Positions 54,833 through 64,000 of a stretch of 64,000 nt of DNA are shown piece after piece. The notes under the pieces are model-generated. The model made no database searches and had not been told where the DNA came from. It saw only the letters and a list, made by a program, of their open reading frames with translations. This stretch comes from Eledone cirrhosa (taxonomy: Eukaryota), in the NCBI GenBank assembly GCA_964016885.1, contig OZ024748.1:20026001-20090000 (forward strand), read 5' to 3'. Every line of letters begins with the position of its first letter. The first letter of the stretch is position 1. A program made the translations under genes and the position numbers.

Positions 54833-55994
54833 TTCAATTCAAACGTCCGTATAGAGCTAGTCTTCTTCTTATCGTGTCACCTACAAAGCTTGGCTAATGT
54901 GATTCCGCCACAGCGGAATATATAATACTTTGCTGTCATTTCTCATTAAACTCTGCCAAGTCAAATGCCATGCAGGGGTGTTCAAGCTGGGGGAATATCA
55001 GGAGGTTCAATGCCACAGTCAACACAACATCCCCATCCTTTAAATATCACCATTTTGCTAGTAAGCCACAACAGACTAGGTGGAAGTATCGAGTACTCCT
55101 TACAGTTAGTAATCAAAAAATAGCTAAAGAGACAAAAAAAAAAATAATAAATAAATAAAAACTAAAATTAAAAAGGGGGGGGGGGGGACAAAAACTGAAA
55201 ACTAAAATAAAAAAGGGGAAAAAAATAAAATTTCAATTACTGAAGGCCAATTATATACATAATAAAATGAAAAAGGAAAGAGGAAACTAGGGAAGCCATA
55301 AAACAGTTAGAAGTTTCTGATGTTGAATCTTTCGTAGCTTCCATGTACTCAAAGATTTTGTTTATATTTGCCTCTATTAAAAGTTGAGAGGATTATACCA
55401 TTGTACTGAGGATCTGATAACACACTCTGATGCTAATGCTATGATAGAATGTCCACCAGGAGTGACCATTAGATAGTATCAGCAGTTGGAAAGACCAATG
55501 GAAACATTGTTTTCTTGGTCCGATCTGTCAAGTTACACTCCACCCCCCACCTCCCTCTTACTTGGTAAGTGAGTGAAGTCTGAGATCCTTTAATTTGGAG
55601 CAATATCATCATCATCATTTAACGTAGAGTTTTCCATGCCTGCATAGGTCAGACGTGTCGTCCGCATCGAGAAGCAAGTCTGGCCAGGATTGGCCACACC
55701 ATACCTTGCTCTGACGAGACTCTAAATTTGGCCAGGGCTTTTACAGCTGGATGTCCTTTCCTTACACCACTAACCATATTTACAGTATATATAATACATA
55801 ATTAAAGTTTATGGCCTTGAGCAAGACCCTTTACTTCACAATGTTCCTTCAACTAAGTGTTGCAACTGCTAGATAGTATCAGTAATGGAAAGACCAATGG
55901 AGACATTATTTACTTGGTTTGATTTAACAAGTTCCATCCCTACTCAGTAAGCAAATGAGGTCTGGCATCTTATTGATTGAACACTATGCAGAAT

Positions 55995-56450
55995 ATGATA
56001 AAATGCATTCAATAAACCCTGGAAAGTGGTTAGCATTAAGAAGGATGTAGAAGTTTAGAAACCATGTCACATGAAAGAGCAAGAGGACATGTCAATTGAG
56101 TCAAGGACATGACAATCCCTATAGTGCTGATGCCATGATAAAATGCACCCAGCACACAGTAGAGTGGATGGTGATAGTAAAGACACTTAGTTGTAGAAAC
56201 CATTCTAGAAAATGTTAGAGAGAACTCTTCAGAAATATCAAGGACACAACAGCCACTTTAGTGCAAGTACCATAATATGTGCACCCAGTACACTCTGTAA
56301 AGTGGTTGGTGTTAGCAAGGGATACCAGTTGTAGAAACTTTGCCATAAACAGAGCTGAGAGACCTCTTCAGTTATGTCAAAGACACAGCAACCTCCTTTG
56401 AGCTAGGGTTTTGATAAAATGCACAAAGTACAATCTGTAAAGTGGTTGAT
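55995..56450 (+). repeat. ~140-bp degenerate tandem of a retroposon 3' segment
   Basis: AAATGCACCCAGTACACTCTGTAAAGTGGTTGG...GTTGTAGAAAC recurs about 4 times. Confidence 0.6.
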
Positions 56451-57111
56451 TTCCTTCAATTTAACTTACATTCATGATGACAGCTTTTTCTCAGATTATT
56501 ATGGCTGGCTTTCTGCCAATTCAAGAGATCATCATCACCATCATCATTACCATTATTATTATTATTATTAGCAGTAAAAGGAAACTAGATCAAAATGTAT
56601 TAAAGAATAAAAGACATTCTCTCCACCCTGTTACCTTATACATGAAGGGACCAGGAAAGAGAAGATGGGAGAGAGAGGGAGAGAGAGAGAGAGAAAGAGA
56701 GAGATAGGGAGAGAGAGAGATAGGTGGGCGGTGGGGGGTGTAGATGTATGGTAAATATAAGGAAAAAGTCTGCAATAGCAGCAACAGATGATTCACAATG
56801 GGTGTAGTTCCAACCGAAAATAGGTAAACAAAAATATTAACCATGAAACCCTCTGAACAAAAAAACAATGTGTATATGGTTGGTTTAGATAAGGAATGAG
56901 AGCTTCTGGAAGTAGAGGGAGGAGGTGAGGTGAATGGAAGAGCAGAAGATTAGGTCAACACCCTAGAAATAAAAACAGCAAAGATAGTTGTTGCTAGATT
57001 TAACCCTCTTCTGACCATATTTCTAATGAATCACACTGTATTTCAATTAACTAATTATTTAATTAAGAATTTTTCAAAGAATTTACTAACATTATTAATT
57101 ATGCGGTGGAA

Positions 57112-57310
57112 GGGCGGTGGATTGGCAGTATCGGTAGAGGGTCGGACGCCATGCTTTCCAGCATAGTTACGTCCCTTTACGATCTGAGTTCAAATCCCGC
57201 CGAGGTTCACTTTGCCTTTCATCCTTACAGGGTCGATAAAATAAAGTACCAGTAATGCACAAATAAAGTACCAGTAATGCTGGCCTTGTGCCAAAAGTAG
57301 AAACAATTAT
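57112..57310 (+). mobile_element. SINE family 1
   Basis: Family 1 sequence with a short internal duplication; flanked by ATTATTAATTATGC direct repeats (probable TSD). Confidence 0.88.
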
Positions 57311-57838
57311 TAATTATGCTGTCATTAATTAACAACATCCTGTAATGATTTTGCAGAAAATATCTAAAAAAAGGACGTCTTTGTGAAAATCTGCAGAAAA
57401 TTAAAGATATTAATTTCTTATATAATGTAACCCCAGTGCTGTCTTATACGTTTCAAGAGTATCTTGCTAATGTGCTTTTATGTTCTATAGCATATTAAAT
57501 AGTTAAGAAGGTATTTATAACATAGCTTAACAAAAGGTCCTTATATCAAATTACATAGGAAGGTTTTAATCTGTGTATCTGATTTACAATGGTTACATTG
57601 CATTGTTGCATGTCATAAGAAGTGATTAGAAAGGTTAATGTCAGGCAGGGCATTAAATTGGAAGGTTTTAATCTGTTTCAAGAAGGGCATCCAGCCATAA
57701 CACATTGTGACAAAAAAGACCTCCTGATGTGTATGAAGCCAACCATAGAGTATACAAATATAACTTTAGAATGGAAAAGGGCCTTAAAATGCTTGCTGTT
57801 GCTGATTTTCTTTAAATATAAACATACAGCAGATCTCA

Positions 57839-57958
<120 letters not shown>

Positions 57959-57986
57959 ATATATACACACACATATATATATTTGC

Positions 57987-58022
<36 letters not shown>

Positions 58023-58066
58023 CTATACCTACTTTGTATAAGTCATTCTATATGTATATCTAGATG

Positions 58067-58098
<32 letters not shown>

Positions 58099-58900
58099 AT
58101 ATATATATATAATATATATATAGATAGATAGATAGATTGATAGATATACATATAGAATAACTTATACAAAGTCACCGAGGGGTAGATTGTATCTTTGATG
58201 GTGATGATGGATATATATATATATATACTTGTGGCCCAGTGCCAATATAAGTAAGCCTTATTTAACATACAACAATGATGTAATTGTTGGGTTATTTATT
58301 ATTATAATCTTGTGTTTTACAAAAAACACACAATGAGAATCTGATATAACTTTATTTCTTTTGGCCAATATCTGTGTGTATTGATTCATAACAAAAATGA
58401 CACTCCCAGGAAGAACTACGAAGCAGAACTAGTAGGTTTGTTTTGGCCAATACCTATGTTTAGGGAGATGTTATAACTGTGACACTCCCAAGAAAACTAA
58501 TATAAACATATCTAGACTGTCTGTTTTTACAGTGAACTACAGATATTAGAAAATTACTCAGAATAATAATTGAGATCATAATCTATACAAGTTCTATAAT
58601 GAAGTGATGATTTTTAAGTTCATTTTTAAAACATTTCTTTATCTTAACTAATGCTCCTTTCACTTAATTTAATGCCAACCTGTCTGAAAACCCTCCTGGT
58701 TCTATGATAGCAACCTGCCTATTTTAAAGAACTCATTTTTTTTTTATTAAAACATTCGCATACGATTCATGTAAAAACTTGTTTATATATATATATAGAT
58801 AGCAGCTGTTTTAGGTTATGTAACTGTTATAGAAACACGTGTCAATAAATTCCTTTCAACTAAACTGTATCCATTCAAACCTTTCTATATATATATATAT

Positions 58901-59094
58901 ACGTTATTCCGGGTTGAATCGGAGGTAACCACAGTAAGTAAGGTACTCAATACATTGCAGAGTATAAAAGTTTTAATATAGATGAGATTCTACAGGACTA
59001 GAACTGTTTCATTCTTTAGAAATCATCAGGAATCTCTATAGAGATTCCTGATGATTTCTAAAGAATGAAACAGTTCTAGTCCTGTAGAATCTCA

Positions 59095-59103
<9 letters not shown>
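58901..59103. mobile_element. Family A perfect fold-back
   Basis: Spacerless palindrome centred 59038/59039 with ~63-bp arms; left arm extended by the family A tail. Confidence 0.88.
59041..59093 (+). ncRNA. Type I hammerhead ribozyme motif (family A); mirror copy 58984-59036 on minus
   Basis: GAGATTC-CTGATGA(59048-59054)-T.TTC-TAAA-GAA.T-GAAA(59067-59070)-CAG/CTG-GUA site (59086)-GAATCTC; perfect 7-bp helix I. Confidence 0.85.
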
Positions 59104-59175
<72 letters not shown>

Positions 59176-59477
59176 AAATTGGAAATAGCACGAAAAATAT
59201 ATTCAAGGGTCTGTTTTTCTTTTTTTTCCTTTCTTTCATTTGTCTAACTGATATTATTGAAAAAATGAGAGGGACAATTCTTTTAAAAAAGAGTTTTATA
59301 AAGTATATCAAGTATATAAAGTATTACCGGTTTCGATGTATTAGTAAAATTCATCTTATCAAATGTTGAGTATTACGATTAAAAAGAATTAATAAAAATT
59401 AAAAACTAAAAATTAAAGATTTAAAATTAAGTGTTGAGGTAAGTTTTTTTTCCATTTTCCTTGTTGAGAAGGATATA

Positions 59478-59522
<45 letters not shown>

Positions 59523-59562
59523 GAAACATAAGTCAATTGCATGAACTCATAATCCTTTATTT

Positions 59563-59618
59563 ACTGCTATATATATTTCGATGATAGCCATTGAATGGTT
59601 ATGACCTCATCAGGCAGT
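59563..59618 (-). ncRNA. Type I hammerhead ribozyme motif (family H)
   Basis: Minus strand: ACTGC-CTGATGA-GGTCATAACCAT/ATGGCTATCATC-GAAA-TATATA-TA-GCAGT then AATAAA; inside a TA-flanked insert 59517-59661. Confidence 0.85.
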
Positions 59619-59694
59619 TAGTCAGTTCTTAGATATGCCAACTCTGTGTTTTTGGTGTTGATATATATATATATAAATATATATATATATATGT

Positions 59695-59863
59695 GAGTCC
59701 CAGGTTCAATTGGGGGTAACCACAGTAAGTAAGGTATTGAATACATTAGCAGACTGTATACAACAAATTTAATATAGAAATGGCTTCTACAGGATTAGAA
59801 CTGTTTCCTTCAAATTAGAGATTTCTAGTCCTGTTGAAGCCATTTCTATATTAAATTTGTTAC
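59695..59863. mobile_element. Family A fold-back, truncated within the ribozyme
   Basis: Inverted tail; arms AAATTTAATATAGAAATGGCTTC / GAAGCCATTTCTATATTAAATTT. Confidence 0.75.
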
Positions 59864-59887
59864 ATATATATATATATTCGAGACAAC

Positions 59888-59932
<45 letters not shown>

Positions 59933-60609
59933 CATACATACGCAGTCCTATATGAGAGAGACATGGTCACCCAACCCAACTTGCCTCTCATGGGACAAAC
60001 CTGTCTAACCCATGCTAGTGTGGACGATATACATTAAATGATGATGATGATGATGATGATGATAACAACATATATACTATTTTTTTAAAGGGCATGGGCT
60101 GCATAAGAAGAATATATAATTATCTATAGTCCATATTTAAATATGAATGTTACATAACAAACTTCTTACTTTAATTGTATGATGGTTGCATTATGTAATC
60201 ATGAGTGCCACAGAAATATGTATCACAACCAATTCTGAAGAAAATGAGTTATGAATATCTACATCTGGCCTTCGCCAGATTATTGTATAGAAAAATCATC
60301 ATCATCATCATCATCATTATCATTACCATTTAATATCCCTTTTCCACACTAGCATGGGTTAGATAAATTGTCTAATCGTGAGACAAGTCAGATTATGTGA
60401 CCATGTCTTGCTTATACAGAACTGTGTCTGGCTTGGCTTCTTTGGCTGGAAGCACTTCTTAATGCCAGCCACATTTACAGTGTGGACTGGATGCTTTATA
60501 TATATATATATATATATATGTGTATGTATATATATATATATGTATACACACACACACACACATATATTATATATATATATATATATATACCAAAAAAAAA
60601 AAAATAATA

Positions 60610-60902
60610 AATAGACTAAATAAAGATGGCGTAAGCATACAATACAATGGGAGGAAACATAATAGCACCACTGACGATGTTGCAGATGTGCAATGAAAGA
60701 ACTTTGTTAGACTATATATATATGTGTTTGTGTCTATATTGTATCTGTATTTTTGACCGTTGGTCAGTCAATGGTAACATTGAGGACCGAATAAATTAAA
60801 TTAACTGATATAAAAGACACAGAAGCGAAAACCAACCAAACAGTGAGTGTGTTCTGTTATTAATTCTGGCAATATTATTACACAAATACGACCCTCACCA
60901 AG

Positions 60903-60903
<1 letters not shown>
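60610..60903 (+). mobile_element. Family I insert with degenerate hammerhead-like motif
   Basis: CTGACGA(60671-60677)-TTGCA/TGCAA-GAAA; helices I and III weak; tail matches 9085 and 37515 in reverse. Confidence 0.55.
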
Positions 60904-60954
<51 letters not shown>

Positions 60955-61002
60955 GTAAGTATGTATGTACTAAGAGTGAGAAATGAAATTTCGTTTTCAT
61001 TT

Positions 61003-61039
<37 letters not shown>

Positions 61040-61332
61040 TATTTAAAAAATGCTATGGTATTTCTTACACTTTCATTTTTAAATAAAGTGGCTGGGACAT
61101 TTTATGAGGAAAAATATCAAGTTGTCTTTCTAAATAAAATCTTTAATATGATATATCACCAACATCGTCATCATCATCATCATCATCATTACCATCATCA
61201 TAATACATAATATAACTATGATACAATATAATAAACTGCAAGTGGTTATAGAGCTTGTAGCATGTATAAATAGGTTAATTCATGCCACAACTAATTCCCT
61301 TGATCATGTCAAGGACTAGCAATACTGTTACT

Positions 61333-61848
61333 AAGACTGTGTGTTCTTAAGATTATATGCCCTTAAGACTATGAGCAGATAAGACTGTGTGTTATTATGA
61401 CTGTGCTCCCAAGACTATGAGCAGATAAGACTATATGTTTAAAGACTATGAGCAGATAAGACTGTGTTGTTATGACTGTGTTCTTAAGACTATGAGCAGA
61501 TAAGACTGTGTTGTTAAGACCATGTGTTGTTATGACTGTGTTCTTAAGACTATGAGCAGATAAGTGTGTTGTTAAGACTATGTGTTGTTATGACTGTGTT
61601 CTTAAGACTATGAGCAGATAAGACTGTGTTGTTATGACTGTGTTCTTAAGACTATGAGCAGATAAGACTGTGTTGTTAAGACTATGTGTTGTTATGACTG
61701 TGTTCTTAAGACTATGAGCAGATAAGTGTGTTGTTAAGACTATGTGTTGTTATGACTGTGTTCTTAAGACTATGAGCAAATAAGACTGTGTTGTTATGAC
61801 TGTGTTCTTAAGACTGTGCTCTTAAGACTCTGTCTCTAAGACTATGAA
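61333..61848. repeat. Minisatellite of ~14-16-bp subunits (44-60-bp period)
   Basis: AAGACTATGAGCAGAT / AAGACTGTGTTGTT / ATGACTGTGTTCTT. Confidence 0.92.
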
Positions 61849-61852
61849 CTGC

Positions 61853-62045
61853 TGCGGTGGATTGGCAGTATCGGTAGAGGGTCAGACGCCATGCTTTGAC
61901 GCATAGAGTTACGGCCCTTGCCATTCTGAGTTCAAATCCCGCCAAGGTTAACTTTGCCTTTCATCCTTACGGGGTCGATAAAATAAAGTACCAGTGGGTA
62001 CCACTGGGTAATTGCTGGCCTTGTGCCAAAAGTAGAAACAATTAT
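61853..62045 (+). mobile_element. SINE family 1
   Basis: Family 1 sequence. Confidence 0.85.
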
Positions 62046-63047
62046 CTTTACAGGGCACATAAGAACTTTCTTTGTGTTGTATTATCCCTTTTATGTCTGT
62101 TAGTTTGTGTGTGTGTGTGTGTGTGTGTTTGTGCATGTTAGAGTGTATGTGTGTGTTTGTGTCTCTAACATTGGGACTGCCCTCCTGTTAAGCTACATGT
62201 TTACTTTTATATTTATTCATTTACTTCCTGCTTGTAGCATTTTTTTTCTATTTATTATAATTATTAAGAACATTATCATTATTATTGTTGTTGTTGTTGT
62301 TGGGGTTTTTTTGTAGAACTTTTTTTCTATTTTTCTCAGTTGTTTTATTTTAAGAAATCTTTCAGTTTATATTCTGCCATATCAGTTGAGTTTTTGCAAA
62401 TCTGGTTCATTGCCATCATACTGTTTTAATTATAGAACACAACCTCAACTGTGGACCCCCTTGTTTCTTTATCTCTCCTACCATTCTTCTTGCTCCTTCT
62501 ATTATGTCAAGCCCTGTCCTTCTTTTAAGAGGAATAATTATATCAGTAAAAGCACAAGGTGAAGTCTTCTACCCTGGTGGTGCCCTTGTCTTACCACAGA
62601 TTGTAACACACGCCTTAACAAATGAGTCATTCCTATTATGTCAAGCCCTGTCCTTCATTTAAGAGGAACAATTTTATCAGTAAAAGCACAAGTTTGCTAC
62701 CCTGGTGGTGCCCCAGTCTTACCAAAAATTCTAACACATCCCTTCACAAATGAGTCACCTTCATAAACCTCTGAACTCTTCTTTATTTTACATAAATTAT
62801 ATTTTTGTCGCCATCCCTCAGTTTTTGACTGTGAGAGTAGTTTATATATATGTGTGTATGTCTATATATATATGCACAATGTACTATGATTTGCTTTGTC
62901 ATTTCTGTTTACTTTTTGCATATATATATACAGAGAGAGAGAGAGAGTTAGTTCCACAACAAATTAGCAATATAACTCTATACTGAACTCTTCCTCTGGT
63001 GGACTGAGTGCTCTCCTCACTACGGGTATAACCTCCTAGTTTTTTAC

Positions 63048-63107
<60 letters not shown>

Positions 63108-63110
<3 letters not shown>

Positions 63111-63608
63111 CCAGCAATTTAGGTGAAGGGGAAAGTTGATTAAATCGATCCCAGTGCATTACTGGTACTTTATTTTAGTGACCCCATAAGGATGAAAGGC
63201 AAAATTACCCTTGGCGGGATTTGAACTCAGATCATAAAGGGCCGTAACTCTATGCTGCAAAGCATGGTGCCCAACTCTACCGTTACTGCCAATCCACCGC
63301 CCTAATAATAATAATAATAATAATTGTTTCTACTTTAGGCACAAGGCCAGCAATCACCCAGTGCATTACTGGTACTTTATTTTATCGACCCCGTAAGGAT
63401 GAAAGGCAAAGTCAACCTCGGCGGGATTTGAACTTAGATCATAAAGAGCCGTAACTCTATGTATGCTGCAAAGCATGGCGTCCGACCCTCTACCGATACT
63501 GCCAATCCACCGCCCCTTATAATAATAATAATAATTGTTAATCTTGCCTCAAGTGGGAAAATTGCCGTCCAAACCCATGCTAGTGTGGAAGATGGACGTC
63601 AAACGATA

Positions 63609-63647
<39 letters not shown>

Positions 63648-63966
63648 TTTCTACTTTTGGCACAAGGCCAGCAATTACCCAGTGCATTACTGGTGCTTTA
63701 TTTCATTGACCCCGTAAGGATGAAAGGCAAAGTTAACCTCGGCAGGATTTGAACTCAGACCATAAAGGGCCGTAACGCTTTGCTGCAAAGCATGGCATCC
63801 GACCCTCTACCGATACTGCCAATCCGAATAATAATAATTGTTTCTACTTTTGGCACAAGGCCAGCAATTATCCAGTGCATTACTGGTACTTTATTTTATT
63901 GACCCCGTAAGGATGAAAGGCAAAGTTAACCTCGGCGGGATTTGAACTCAGAATGGCAAGGGCCGA
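63108..63966 (-). mobile_element. Cluster of four SINE family 1 copies
   Basis: 63108-63302, 63324-63514, 63646-63826, 63837-63966, separated by (TAA)n or (GAT)n; RTE-type tail fragment at 63540-63646. Confidence 0.88.
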
Positions 63967-64000
63967 TAAGGAATATATACTTATAAAATTCTGAGAAACA

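Noticed and set aside
54500-55100. Non-repetitive stretch with short open frames
   Set aside because: No convincing splice pair or recognisable protein motif

Overview
AT-rich eukaryotic intronic/intergenic DNA. The SINE families and the very high (TA)n/(CA)n/(ATC)n load suggest an octopod cephalopod (inference). No complete host gene is visible, only one weak candidate exon, and almost every ORF in the track is a microsatellite or satellite artefact. Recognisable content: two tRNA-derived SINE families (about 20 copies), RTE-type and RLE-type LINE fragments, a Helitron with a Pif1 helicase remnant, Tc1/mariner remnants and MITEs, one clear and one possible solo LTR, a 2 kb 25-bp satellite and several minisatellites. 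The main signal is about 30 short (100-550 bp) inserts in (TA)n tracts, from at least 7 sequence-distinct families. Many are fold-back (inverted-repeat) structures, and most families carry a type I hammerhead ribozyme motif (helix I-CUGANGA-helix II-GAAA-helix III-UH-helix I'), with compensatory changes between copies. This fits non-autonomous Penelope-like element (PLE) ends; no PLE RT or GIY-YIG ORF is in the window. Atypical cores (CAGAAGA, U3-A8, a ~100-nt helix II) and junctions that coincide with ribozyme helices are noted. All structures were read by eye; none was computed or tested.
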